Origin: an uncultured cyanobacterium
GTDB lineage: Bacteria; Cyanobacteriota; Cyanobacteriia; Cyanobacteriales; Nostocaceae
Reading direction: 5' to 3'
NCBI GenBank assembly: GCA_963740315.1
Contig: CAVUDP010000002.1
Coordinates: 1,536,001-1,600,000, forward strand
DNA: 64,000 bases
Both the position numbers and the translations under genes were made by a program. This document shows positions 9,914 to 20,463 of this stretch, one piece after another; position 1 is the stretch's first letter; each line of letters begins with the position of its first letter. Under the pieces are notes generated by a model, which saw only the letters and a program-made list of their open reading frames with translations, was not told where the DNA came from and did not search any database.

Positions 9914-11043
9914 TATTATTAACAGCATTCCAATCACGGGCAATTTCTATTGCATACTCTTGATTTAATACCGGATAAAAAATCGGTTGCTCTGGTAATC
10001 TTGGTGGAAACTCTTGATAACCACTTTCTTTAATTAAAACTAATTCTTTCTCTCCAACGGGACGATATAAAGTTACTGTTTCCCTCTGCAATTCTTCCTC
10101 ATTCAAACTAATCCACTTCGGTAAAGCTTCTCGCGCTGACAACCATGCCTTCGGAATACTTTCCACACCCGGAGACAAAGCAACAATACCGCCAACGATC
10201 GCACAATTAGTATCGCGATCGCCCAAACCGCTAACCGTTAACCAGAGCGCTTCCTCGTAATTATTTAGATGTTGAGCGGCACACCATAAAGTAAAAGGTA
10301 CCGTATCCTGCGCTGAAACTTTGGTTCCATTTCCTAATATTGCAGCAGCCGAATTTACGCTTATATCATTTTGTAAATCCCGCGCTTGACTAATTTTAGA
10401 AGCCACCTCACTTTCTGGAATATAAGGCAAAATAAAATCGAGAAATTCTGTTTTATTTGGTTTATTTGATTCCTTTAATTTACAGCTAAAAGCCGCAGCC
10501 ACAGCAACGGCAATACAACCAGCAATAGCTTCCTCATGAGCGTGAGTAACTTCCGCACTTTTACGAGCTTGCTCCACCACTAAATCCAAATCGTCAGCGA
10601 AAAAAGCCCCCAAAGGAGCAACCCGCATCGCCGCACCATTACCGTAAGAGCCTTGTCCATTAAACGAATTACAACTTAAATCCTGCCATTTTTGACCATC
10701 GCGTATATTTAAAAGCAGCCTTTGCATTCCCGCACCATAACCTCTTTTCTCGTCATACCTGCGAGCAAAACTTTTCGCTAAATCATCTCGACCAATTTCG
10801 CCATATTCCCGTAAAACCCAGTAAATCGAAAGCGCCATTTGCGTATCGTCGGTATAATACCAAGGCATTGCCGGAATAGCGCGAGATGCAATAATATTTT
10901 CAGCAACATCAGGATGTAGAAAAAACTTTTCCCCAAAAGCATCACCCACCGATAAACCTTGTAGGGAATTAAAAGCGCGATTTAGGCGAGAATCATTTGT
11001 ATTTGACATGAATTGAAAAATAAATATTTCGTATATTCAACAC

Positions 11044-11643
11044 CAAATAAATGGTGGGTTACGGCAATTATAAGAATGTAACCTGTTTCAATATATTAGA
11101 ATGCCTAAACCACATAGGTTTGTAGTGTGGACTTTAGTCCTCAATAATAAATAATTTGAGTTAAAACTCTTACTACAAACGAATTATAAATAAATTTAGT
11201 CCTCAATAATAAATAATTTGAGTTAAAACTCTTACTACAAACGAATTATAAATAAATTTAGTCCTCAATAATAAATAATTTGAGTTAAAACTCTTACTAC
11301 AAACGAATTATAAATAAATTTAGTCCTCAATAATAAATAATTTGAGTTAAAAACTCTTACTACAAACGAATTATAAATAAATTTAGTCCTCAATAATAAA
11401 TAATTTGAGTTAAAACTCTTACTACAAACGAATTATAAATAAATTTAGTCCTCAATAATAAATAATTTGAGTTAAAACTCTTACTACAAACGGATTACAA
11501 ATAAATGGTGGGTTACGGCAATTATAAGAATGTAACCTGTTTCAATATATTGGAATGCCTAACCCACCTTATAGGTTCGTAGTGTGGACTTTAGTCCTCA
11601 ATAATAAATAATTTGAGTTAAAACTCTTACTACAAACGAATTA
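11044..11643. repeat. 62-bp tandem repeat (6 consecutive copies plus 1) inside a duplicated REP-like block
   Basis: Unit TTTAGTCCTCAATAATAAATAATTTGAGTTAAAACTCTTACTACAAACGAATTATAAATAAA at 11133, 11195, 11257, 11319, 11382, 11444 and 11590; the GGTGGGTTACGGC block occurs at 11044 and 11498. Confidence 0.95.
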
Positions 11644-11644
11644 A

Positions 11645-12283
11645 TTAAGTTCCCTTCCGATTGCGAATATGTTCGGGCATATGATAGCGATCGCCCAAAA
11701 TTTCCAACAACGGACCGTGAACGTCAAATGTAACCATACTTACTGAGGCAACTAAAATATTAATTCGATAGCGATAGCGACCTAAATCGATACCCAATAA
11801 ACTACAAAGCATAATCCGAATCGTAGCTTTATGAGAAACTACTAAAACATTGCCTTGGGGATGTTTATCTTGAATTTCCGCAATTACAGGCATAGAACGA
11901 TTCGCGATATCCACCGCAGTTTCTCCACCTTTGGGTGCATTCCAAGCTGGTTCTGTCAACCATTTAACATAGTTTTCAGCATAATTTTCTTGGGCAAACG
12001 CTTTACTTTTATTTTCCCATTCGCCATAACTACCTTCTCGGAGTCCATCACGCAACTGCATATCAATGCCCACAGCATCGCAAAACGGCTTTGCAGTGGC
12101 TACAGTACGCTTCATCGGACTAGCGTAAACGGCTTCCCACTTCAGCTTCTTGTAAACATCAGCGAAAGCCTCCGCCATCTGCACACCCTCCGGCGTTAGC
12201 TCCGCATTAGTTTCGCCGCAAAAATTGCCAGTTTGACTAAAAGTGGTTTCTCCATGTCGCAGAAAATATAAATTAAGAGTCAT
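11645..12283 (-). CDS. Histidine phosphatase / phosphoglycerate mutase family protein
   Basis: LRHGET, SPMKR, LREGSYGEWE, VVSH. Confidence 0.93.
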   Translation of the reverse strand: MTLNLYFLRHGETTFSQTGNFCGETNAELTPEGVQMAEAFADVYKKLKWEAVYASPMKRTVATAKPFCDAVGIDMQLRDGLREGSYGEWENKSKAFAQENYAENYVKWLTEPAWNAPKGGETAVDIANRSMPVIAEIQDKHPQGNVLVVSHKATIRIMLCSLLGIDLGRYRYRINILVASVSMVTFDVHGPLLEILGDRYHMPEHIRNRKGT

Positions 12284-12349
12284 AAATCGTATCGCGATTC
12301 AAGCAATAAATAATGTACCTAGCAATCCTATCGAATATTACGAGAAACA

Positions 12350-12497
12350 GTTATCAGTTAACAGTGAGCAGTGAGCAGTTATCAGTAGGGAGTAGGGAGT
12401 GAAGAATTTTTCTACCCCCTCTCCCCCTCTCCCCCTCTCCCCCTCTCCCCCTCTCCCCCTCTCCCCATCTCCCCCTCTCCCCCTCTCCCCCATCTCC
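12350..12497. repeat. Heptamer tract followed by (CCCCCTCT/CCCCATCT)n
   Basis: Read directly from the sequence. Confidence 0.9.
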
Positions 12498-12504
12498 AAT
12501 TCCC

Positions 12505-14358
12505 TTACTTAAAAATAGTACTCGGCGCTACAGGTGCAATACTATCGTCAAATCCTCCCACTTGATTGGTTCTTAAAACCCATGCCATAGCATTTTGCTT
12601 GAGAAAAATTTTGGTGGTTTCGTCTTGCGCTCTCTTAGGAAATACGGTTCGCCAACTTTTGAGCATTTTGATGGCAGTTGTAATAATGTTGTCGTTTTTA
12701 TCGTTAGTTCCAAATAAATCTTTAGCATTTTGTCGCCAGTCTCGCCGCACAACTCCAAGGGGAACTAACTGTTTTTCTAAAATATTTCCTAAAGAGATTA
12801 ATTCGTTAAAATACTGAGTTTGCTTATCTTGTGGATGTTTTTGCAACCATTCGCCGATCGCCGGGTTTAACTCCATAAACCTTTCTATATCGTAAATTGT
12901 GGCGTAAAGCGCTTGATTTGAATCTTGAACGCAGGAAGCTGTCGGGGTAATTAATGATGCACCCGTTCCATCACCGACGCGATAACGGGCTGTAATTTCT
13001 CTAAGTTCTTCAATAAATTCTGTTAAAGGAGATAATTTAACTCCATCAAAATCGTAATCGCTAGTTATCGGCTCGTATTTCACCAAAATATCGCTTACGG
13101 GACGAGTTCCCAACCAACCCTGCCATAAAGAACCCATATAAGCAGCCCAAGTAGAAGCCCCAGATATTATTCCGTCTATATTATTACCGTAAACTTGATA
13201 GTAAACTATATCGAAACGTAATTCCGATGTGATGCGATCGCGCACTACCTCTGCAATCCCGTAGGAAAAGTGACCTGCAACCGGAAGCCAAGCGGCTGCT
13301 TCTGCTTTTTTACCACCGATACCGCCATATAAATGCATCGCCAAAGCTTTATCGCCCAAGCGCCATTGAGACACGGCGCTTTTTGCATCTCTATTTGGTG
13401 CTAATAAAACTGTCTGGCACTTTCCTTTTTGCAATTTAATTTTTGCCCAAATTTCTCGATTTATATATTTAAATACTTGCTCGGATTTCGTAATTACTTT
13501 TTGTGGTTCTACTTTTACTAGAGCGCGGGGTTCAATAGCCTGTACGACAAAAGTACCTTTTGCATCGGGTGCGCCGTAAATATACCAACCTTGAAAATTC
13601 AGTAGCGATTTTTCGATATCTTTGTTACTTGAACGAGGAATGCCCCGTATGTCTGGCGGTACTTGTGGTATGCAAATAGTTTCTTCGATTCCCCGATAAA
13701 AGTTTTTAGTTGCTTTGTTGTAGTGACGAACTCTAAATAAATCACTATATGGTTCTATTCTTTCTAAAATTTTTACTAAGCCAACAAAACGTCCAGTTAT
13801 TTGCACGGGTTCGCGATCGATAATTAATTGCGTTTCTCCTGCGGCATCGGTTTCTACTTCTGGTTGCAATAGCATAACGCAGACATCATCAATCGGTCTT
13901 GCACCTGCTAAAGATTCTAAAGGATCGACTTGAGAAAGTCCATCCAATCTTACGGGATGAACAAAACCTTTCTGATGACTTTTCTTCGCTTGTTTGGTAA
14001 AGTTAACGTCAAAACTTACCCGTTTGACGTATTCTTGCACCAAAATATTGTTACTCCATTTCAACTTCACAACTTTACCAAGCAGATGCATAGATGAATC
14101 GGGGGTGTTTTGCACTTCAAATTCAACAAAACGCTCGTTTTGACGTTCGGCTCGTAAAATTAAGCGCCCGCTCCATTCTGCTACAGGTTGATATTGTTGT
14201 TTTTTTTGATTGATGGGATAATAATCGCTATGAAATAAAGGCGAATTGCTATTAATTTTATAATTCGATGATTCCGTTTTTACCGACTTTTTAGAAATAA
14301 GTTTATAAACTATAAAGCCAATTGTGACCCAGACTACAATTATGACTATATTTTCCAT
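12505..14358 (-). CDS. Membrane-anchored hypothetical protein, related to the soluble part of cyanobacterial 'Abi/CAAX' proteins
   Basis: N-terminal TM helix; motifs W.GRLIL, LYGGIGG, GHFSYG, GWLGTRPVSD, RYRVGDGTG, SCVQDS, LRTNQVGG (family recalled from memory); no CAAX TM block. Confidence 0.7.
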   Translation of the reverse strand: MENIVIIVVWVTIGFIVYKLISKKSVKTESSNYKINSNSPLFHSDYYPINQKKQQYQPVAEWSGRLILRAERQNERFVEFEVQNTPDSSMHLLGKVVKLKWSNNILVQEYVKRVSFDVNFTKQAKKSHQKGFVHPVRLDGLSQVDPLESLAGARPIDDVCVMLLQPEVETDAAGETQLIIDREPVQITGRFVGLVKILERIEPYSDLFRVRHYNKATKNFYRGIEETICIPQVPPDIRGIPRSSNKDIEKSLLNFQGWYIYGAPDAKGTFVVQAIEPRALVKVEPQKVITKSEQVFKYINREIWAKIKLQKGKCQTVLLAPNRDAKSAVSQWRLGDKALAMHLYGGIGGKKAEAAAWLPVAGHFSYGIAEVVRDRITSELRFDIVYYQVYGNNIDGIISGASTWAAYMGSLWQGWLGTRPVSDILVKYEPITSDYDFDGVKLSPLTEFIEELREITARYRVGDGTGASLITPTASCVQDSNQALYATIYDIERFMELNPAIGEWLQKHPQDKQTQYFNELISLGNILEKQLVPLGVVRRDWRQNAKDLFGTNDKNDNIITTAIKMLKSWRTVFPKRAQDETTKIFLKQNAMAWVLRTNQVGGFDDSIAPVAPSTIFK

Positions 14359-14521
14359 AGTTTTGAATAAATTATTACCATGTATTTTATTTATTTAATC
14401 AATCTAAGAATATAAAAATTTGTGACTTGTACGATCCTAACTTGTAATCTTACAGGGTAATTACTGTATTTTTAACCTACGTAGAAATTTTAAGATAACC
14501 CTGGTGGTACGAGGAGTAAGG

Positions 14522-15421
14522 ATGTCTAAAAAAATTGCAATTGCAGCTTTAAGTTTGCTGTTAACAGCAGCGATGCCCGGTATTGCTTCAGCAGAAACCG
14601 TAATGCAAAAAGTTAAGCGCACGGGTGTACTGACAGCAGGAACTAGTAAAGATGCTTTCCCTTTTGCCTATAGAAATAAGCAAGGACAATTAATTGGTTA
14701 TTCTGTGGATATGCTTAATCTGATCCAGCAGGAGTTAGAAAAAGAACTAGGTAAAAAAGTTCAACTTAAATTAGTCGCACTCAGCCCAGCCGAACGCATT
14801 CCTAATATAGTTAACGGAAAGGTTGATATTGTCTGCGACGCAAGCAGCTTTACCTGGGAACGAAATAAAAATATCGATTTTTCTTTTAGTTATGGTGCAA
14901 CTGGTACTAAATTATTAGTTAAGAAAGCAAGTAATTTAAGTTCTCCAAAAACCTTAATTGGCAAGCGAATTGGAGTCTTAGCAAAAACTACAAACGAAAA
15001 TGCTATTAAGGAAGCGCAACCACAAGCCAAACTAATATATCTCAAAGATAGAGAGCAAGCATATACAGCTTTGCAACAAGGAAAAATAGATGCCTTTGCT
15101 GACGATACTATTCTTTTAGAAGCATGGTTGAACAGAAGACAGAATTTCAACAATTTTAAAATTGTACCAGACCTCCCCTATTCTAGAGAAGGTATTGCCT
15201 GTATGCTTCCTGAGAATAATTCTGATTTTCTCGATACGGTAAACTTTACCTTCTATGGTTTCATGCAGGGCTTTGTAAATAATGAAAGTCGATATGTAAC
15301 AATATTTGACCGTTGGTTTGGACCTCGCGGAGCAATTCCGTTAAACCGCGATTTACGGGAATTAGCGGTAGAAACCATGCGGTTGGTTATTGATTCCCAT
15401 CAAGACATTCGGGAAAAATAA
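14522..15421 (+). CDS. Family-3 (amino-acid type) extracellular solute-binding protein, orphan
   Basis: Signal peptide, PFAY, GYSVD, VDIVC, FTWER, IDAFADD; GAGGAG RBS before the ATG at 14522. Confidence 0.88.
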   Translation: MSKKIAIAALSLLLTAAMPGIASAETVMQKVKRTGVLTAGTSKDAFPFAYRNKQGQLIGYSVDMLNLIQQELEKELGKKVQLKLVALSPAERIPNIVNGKVDIVCDASSFTWERNKNIDFSFSYGATGTKLLVKKASNLSSPKTLIGKRIGVLAKTTNENAIKEAQPQAKLIYLKDREQAYTALQQGKIDAFADDTILLEAWLNRRQNFNNFKIVPDLPYSREGIACMLPENNSDFLDTVNFTFYGFMQGFVNNESRYVTIFDRWFGPRGAIPLNRDLRELAVETMRLVIDSHQDIREK

Positions 15422-15477
15422 TTTATTCCTTATGAGGTATTGAATATAACATTATCTCAAAGGTAATATAAATTTTA

Positions 15478-15510
15478 TACCGCCAGACTACTATAAGTAA
15501 TCTGACGGTA
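15478..15510 (+). terminator. Imperfect hairpin downstream of the solute-binding protein
   Basis: TACCGCCAGA…TCTGACGGTA. Confidence 0.5.
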
Positions 15511-15796
15511 TACAGGGAACACACTGAACACATTAATAGTCTTCCAGGGAAGAAGAACTACTCGGTTTGCTAGTAAATTGGGTATTTGATTGAATCTTTA
15601 TGTTCGCATATACAAATATTTGCATTCAATGGCAGTTAAGCCAGTTAAGAAATTTTTCACTATAAGATTACATATAGCTATCCCATTCGTACTTTAATTC
15701 AGCATAGAATCATTCGATAATCAAATAGTGCAGAAGCAATAATCTCGTAGCTAGTACGTTAATATTTTTGGTACAAACTAATGAGTATTTACCAAA

Positions 15797-17110
15797 ATGG
15801 AGGCGGCTAAACAAAGGCGAAGACGAGGTATAGTATTGACTGCAAGGGGATTAAAACGGCTGCAAACCGCGATACAGTCAGCCCAATTAGAAGAAAATAA
15901 TGGTAGGCGTTTTACTCAAGAAGAATTAAGCTGTCGCATCGGCATTTCCACCAACACATTATCGCGATTGTGGTCTTTGAAAACGGGATTAGATTCGCGA
16001 TCGGTAAAACTTTGCTTTAGCGCTTTTGATTTAGAGTTAACTGAGTCTGACTACAATCTCTGGGAAGAAGTAGAACAAATAAACGATATTAAATATCCTA
16101 CCGGACCTGTATCGGTATATTCTAAACTGTATATTACTCGCCCCCCGATTGAAGAATTAATTAATCGGGAGATTTGCCGTCCCGGATGTATAATTCGCAT
16201 CAAAGCCCCCAAGGGAATGGGAAAAACTTCTTTAAAATTTAGAACTCTAGATTATGCAAAATCATTAAGTTACTATACAGTACATCTAGATTTAAATTTA
16301 GTAGATACCGACAAGTTTTTAGATTTAGACATTTTTTTACGCTGGTTGTGCAGTATAGTTTCCAAGAGTCTAAATATCGAACCTCAGCTTGATGAATGTT
16401 GGGATGAAGATATTGGGAGTAAATTAAGCTGCACTTTTTATTTTCAAACTTATATATTAGAAGCTCTTGATAGTCCCTTCATTTTATCATTTGACGAACT
16501 AAATATTGTTTTTGAATATCCACAATTAGCTCAAGAATTCTTACCATTATTACGTTCTTGGCATGAAAACGCACAATATAATCCCGTTTGGCAAAAATTG
16601 CGTTTATTTCTAGATTATTCAACCGATATTTATGTCCCTTTAGACTTAAATCATTCGCCATTTAATATTGGATTACCGATTCAATTACCCGAATTTACAC
16701 TTGAGCAAATAGAAGAATTAGCAGCACGTTACGGGTTAGATTGGCAACAAAATATTCAAGCTCTAAAATTAATGGAAAAAATTGGGGGACAACCGGCTTT
16801 AGTTAATATTGCACTTTATCATTTAAGTCAACAGGAATTAACTTTAGAGCAGTTATTAGAACAAGCAAGTACCGAAAGAGGAATTTATCGGCATCATTTA
16901 CGAGAAAAATTGGATCGTTTACAACAAAATCCGGATTTAGCAGCAGTATTCGCTCAAATATTGACAGCGCGATCGGTCGTAATTCCACCTATAGTTGCTT
17001 ATAAATTAGAAAGTATTGGATTAATTAAACTTACTCCTGATGGTGCAATTCTTAGTAGAGAACTATATCGTTCGTATTTTTTAGAAAATTTAGATGATAT
17101 TAACCTGTAA
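15797..17110 (+). CDS. HTH plus AAA-like (AAA_35-type) ATPase domain protein
   Basis: N-terminal FTQEELSCRIGISTNTLSRL HTH; Walker A APKGMGKTS; LRSWHE; SPFNIG. Confidence 0.88.
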   Translation: MEAAKQRRRRGIVLTARGLKRLQTAIQSAQLEENNGRRFTQEELSCRIGISTNTLSRLWSLKTGLDSRSVKLCFSAFDLELTESDYNLWEEVEQINDIKYPTGPVSVYSKLYITRPPIEELINREICRPGCIIRIKAPKGMGKTSLKFRTLDYAKSLSYYTVHLDLNLVDTDKFLDLDIFLRWLCSIVSKSLNIEPQLDECWDEDIGSKLSCTFYFQTYILEALDSPFILSFDELNIVFEYPQLAQEFLPLLRSWHENAQYNPVWQKLRLFLDYSTDIYVPLDLNHSPFNIGLPIQLPEFTLEQIEELAARYGLDWQQNIQALKLMEKIGGQPALVNIALYHLSQQELTLEQLLEQASTERGIYRHHLREKLDRLQQNPDLAAVFAQILTARSVVIPPIVAYKLESIGLIKLTPDGAILSRELYRSYFLENLDDINL

Positions 17111-17155
17111 ATATTGTTCTTATCTTCATATTTTTAATAACATCCCTATCAAAAA

Positions 17156-17305
17156 TGTAGAGAGCTCCGCACTGCTACGTCTCCCAATGATGTCGTTTCC
17201 CAACCGATAACTAAAAGATTTTCAGTTGGCTATACTATTTAACAAAATTATCGTTACAGCCCAGAATATGCGGAGGAGACGTAGCAGTGCGGAGATATCT
17301 ATACA
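17156..17305. repeat. Two copies of the GAGACGTAGCAGTGC palindrome family in opposite orientation
   Basis: 17156-17186 (-) and 17275-17305 (+). Confidence 0.75.
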
Positions 17306-17411
17306 AGTTTCGATTTCCATTGCAAAAAAAAAAGGACGCGATCGCATCGCATCCCCTCAATTCTTATAATTTCAAAAACTTCTCAAATTTGAGAAAATTG
17401 ATGAAGAAATA

Positions 17412-19298
17412 TTACAAACTCGGAACGTATTGTGGTTTTTCAGGTACTTCTGCATACTCAGCCACAATTTGACGGAACTCTTCGCCATCAATGGTTTCTT
17501 TTTCAATTAGTAAATCAACTAATCTATCCATCAAGCTGCGATGATCGCGCATCATTTGTAGAGCGTTTTGGTAACATTCGTCTATAATCAGGCGAACTTG
17601 AGAATCAATACGAGCGGCGATCGATTCGGAATACTCCGAACGTGTTGTCCAGTCACGACCAAGGAATACTTCTCCTTGCTGACTTTCTAACGATAAAGGT
17701 CCTAAATCGGACATCCCAAATCGCGTTACCATTTGTCGCGCCATGCCAGATACCTGTTGCAGGTCATTTCCGGCACCAGTGGTAACTTCGTCTCTACCAA
17801 AAATTACTTCTTCAGCAGAACGTCCGCCCAAAGCACCAGTAATTCTTGCTTTCAACTGAGAACGGCTAATTAATCCTTGGTCTTCACTAGGAGTAAACCA
17901 AGTCAAACCCTGTGCCTGTCCGCGAGGAATCAAGGTAACTTTTTGTACTGGATCGTGGTCTTTAACCAATGTTCCGATTAAAGCGTGTCCGACTTCATGG
18001 TAAGCAATCAACCGCTTGCTCTTGCTGTCTACCAAAGGCGTGCCTTCCATACCAGCAACTACACGATCTACAGCGTCATCAACTTCTGTGAGCGTAATAC
18101 CTTCTTTGCGTCGTCTGGCGGTGAGAATTGCCGCTTCGTTGAGCAAGTTCGCCAAATCTGCACCAGTGAAACCAGGAGTTCGACGAGCGATCGCCTCTAA
18201 GGATACGCCTTTATCTAATTTCTTGTTACGGGCGTGGACTTCCAAGATTTCCAAACGTCCTTTGATGTCGGGTGCATCAACCATCACCTGTCTGTCAAAG
18301 CGTCCGGGACGCAACAGCGCCGCATCTAGTACGTCGGGACGGTTGGTAGCAGCAATAATAATGATGCCGGTGTTACCTTCAAAACCATCCATCTCGGTAA
18401 GTAGCTGGTTGAGGGTTTGTTCGCGCTCATCGTTACCGCCACCGATACCCGCACCCCGCTGTCTTCCTACAGCGTCAATTTCATCAATAAAGATGATACA
18501 AGGAGCGTTATCTTTAGCTTTTTTGAACAAATCGCGAACGCGGGAAGCACCCACACCCACAAACATTTCCACGAACTCGGAACCGGAAATACTAAAGAAA
18601 GGTACGCCAGCTTCCCCAGCAATTGCTTTTGCTAGTAAGGTTTTACCAGTTCCTGGAGGTCCTACTAACAATACACCTTTAGGAATGCGTGCGCCTACAG
18701 CAGTAAATTTCTCAGGCTGCTTGAGGAAAGTAACAACTTCACCGAGTTCTTCTTTTGCTTCTTCAATCCCAGCTACATCATCAAACATGACTCCGGTTTT
18801 CGCTTCCATTTGGAAACGTGCCCGCGACTTACCAAAATTCATGGCTTGTCCGGGACCACCTGGAAGATTGCTAGAACGACGGAACAAAAGGAACAGTCCG
18901 GTAATCAATAAGATTGGAAAGACTAGATTGCCTAACAAACCCCAGATAGCTCCATCATTTCTTACAGGATGGGCATCAAAACTAACATTTTCTTCTTTAA
19001 GTTTGCTTATCAATTCCGGAGCATTATAAGGTAAATCAACGCGGACGCGCTGAATCCGGTCTTCCAGGTCTGGGTCAACAGCTTCTACAATCGCCGTTCT
19101 ACCACCTTCATACAAATCTACCATCGTCACCCGACCGGCATCTAAGTATTCCAGAAAACGACCGTAGGTCATGCGAGTACTAGCTGCATTTTTACCCATA
19201 TCAGCAGGAGTATTCGCGAACGCTCCTTGCCAAAAGAAAAAGCCTATCACTAAAGCAGGCAAGGTCCAAAGAACTAGGACTCTCCAGGAGAATTTCAT
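17412..19298 (-). CDS. ftsH: ATP-dependent zinc metalloprotease FtsH (FtsH2 type)
   Basis: Two TM helices, [28 protein letters not shown]. Confidence 0.98.
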   Translation of the reverse strand: MKFSWRVLVLWTLPALVIGFFFWQGAFANTPADMGKNAASTRMTYGRFLEYLDAGRVTMVDLYEGGRTAIVEAVDPDLEDRIQRVRVDLPYNAPELISKLKEENVSFDAHPVRNDGAIWGLLGNLVFPILLITGLFLLFRRSSNLPGGPGQAMNFGKSRARFQMEAKTGVMFDDVAGIEEAKEELGEVVTFLKQPEKFTAVGARIPKGVLLVGPPGTGKTLLAKAIAGEAGVPFFSISGSEFVEMFVGVGASRVRDLFKKAKDNAPCIIFIDEIDAVGRQRGAGIGGGNDEREQTLNQLLTEMDGFEGNTGIIIIAATNRPDVLDAALLRPGRFDRQVMVDAPDIKGRLEILEVHARNKKLDKGVSLEAIARRTPGFTGADLANLLNEAAILTARRRKEGITLTEVDDAVDRVVAGMEGTPLVDSKSKRLIAYHEVGHALIGTLVKDHDPVQKVTLIPRGQAQGLTWFTPSEDQGLISRSQLKARITGALGGRSAEEVIFGRDEVTTGAGNDLQQVSGMARQMVTRFGMSDLGPLSLESQQGEVFLGRDWTTRSEYSESIAARIDSQVRLIIDECYQNALQMMRDHRSLMDRLVDLLIEKETIDGEEFRQIVAEYAEVPEKPQYVPSL

Positions 19299-19539
19299 TT
19301 TAATTTGCCTCTAGATACCAATGGGATGCATCACCCCGTTAACATAATTAATGTGAATTAATGTAAAACGGATGTATATAAATCCCGATTTGTTTAATTT
19401 TCATCTCTTGAATTATTTGCCATATTAGCCCGATTGAGCTATAGGACATTTGCCAAGACATTATTATTATTCTTAATTAAATGTAACTTAATTTTAAGAC
19501 TTTTTACCAGAGAATAAGGAATTGGGCATAGGCACAAAA

Positions 19540-19706
19540 AGTTATGAGTTATGAGTTAAGAGTTAAGAGTTAGGAATTTTTTCCCCTTGTCCCCCCATCC
19601 CCCCATCCCCTTGTCTCCTTGTCCCCTTGTCCCCCCATCCCCCCATCTCCTTGTCCCCTTGTCCCCTTGTCCCCTTGTCCCCTTGTCCCCCCCATCCCCT
19701 TGCCCC
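19540..19706. repeat. (GAGTTA[AT])n followed by (CCCCTTGT/CCCCCATC)n
   Basis: Read directly from the sequence. Confidence 0.9.
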
Positions 19707-19707
19707 A

Positions 19708-20205
19708 TTACTTAACTTCAGTAATTTTCAGAGTATAGGGAAGATACTGTTCTTTTTGATAGGAACCGATCCAAACTTCGTAGTTTCCTCGGAGCCATTC
19801 ACCGACAATGCCGGGGTTTTTGCCTTCAAATTCGTCGTTACACCACGTACCGCCCGGACCTTTAATTACTAAAGTGGTATCTTCAGGACTTTCTATTACT
19901 AGTTTCATATAGTCGAATTTATTTTTTAACCGCAGGGTGTGGTCTGGTTCTCGATCTACATAGCCGGTACAGGCTCCCGTTGGTGTATCTGCTCTTTTGG
20001 AAATTTCTTTTGCATCTATAGTACCACCGCTCATTCCGCGAACTGTGAGAGGATCTTTGGATAAGGGGCGCTTGATACTTATATCTCCAAATATCGGCGG
20101 AGGAGCTTCTTGAGCGTTAACTGCGGTGTTTATTCCGGATGCTGTTGCTAGCGATAAGAATACAAATGAAAATTTTATTACTCGACTGATTAATTTAGTA
20201 GACAT
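19708..20205 (-). CDS. Secreted hypothetical protein (PPC-like beta domain)
   Basis: Signal peptide; CTGY..PDH, DTTLVIKGP..WCND, G.YEVWIGS. Confidence 0.75.
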   Translation of the reverse strand: MSTKLISRVIKFSFVFLSLATASGINTAVNAQEAPPPIFGDISIKRPLSKDPLTVRGMSGGTIDAKEISKRADTPTGACTGYVDREPDHTLRLKNKFDYMKLVIESPEDTTLVIKGPGGTWCNDEFEGKNPGIVGEWLRGNYEVWIGSYQKEQYLPYTLKITEVK

Positions 20206-20463
20206 TTTGATTACATTTTTATCTAAGTGTTTGTAATGACATTAAATTTACATATTTTGTTTCCTTAAATCAGAGTAATTGACTATTGTTTACGGAAATA
20301 AAAAGTACATAGATACTGAGGTTATTTAACGATTAATAATAATTGCGAATAAACAAGGGCGCATAAAATGCGCCCCAAAATAATTATTCAACTATCCGGC
20401 TTACTTCACGGGATTGTAATCCTTTTATTTACAGAACTTTAATTAGATACCTGCGATCGCCTG

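Larger units (their letters stand above)
8826..11009 (-). pseudogene. ADP-ribosylglycohydrolase fused to a C-terminal ~115-aa domain, interrupted by IS630
   Basis: GDAFG, YTDDTQM, SYGNGAAMR, GDRDTN motifs. Removing 8998-9913 plus one TA joins ...ARDWNAVNN to NIGYVTKFEV... in frame, giving 421 aa. Confidence 0.9.

Noticed and set aside
11133..11643. CRISPR array
   Set aside because: The units are essentially identical along their whole length, with no unique spacers and no cas genes nearby.
14359..15796. Grr-type RiPP cluster around the orphan binding protein
   Set aside because: No radical SAM gene and no Gly-rich precursor ORF seen nearby.
18016..19029. 337-aa plus-strand ORF
   Set aside because: Antisense shadow of ftsH. 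The same applies to other short antisense ORFs such as 3372..3704 and 34214..34408.
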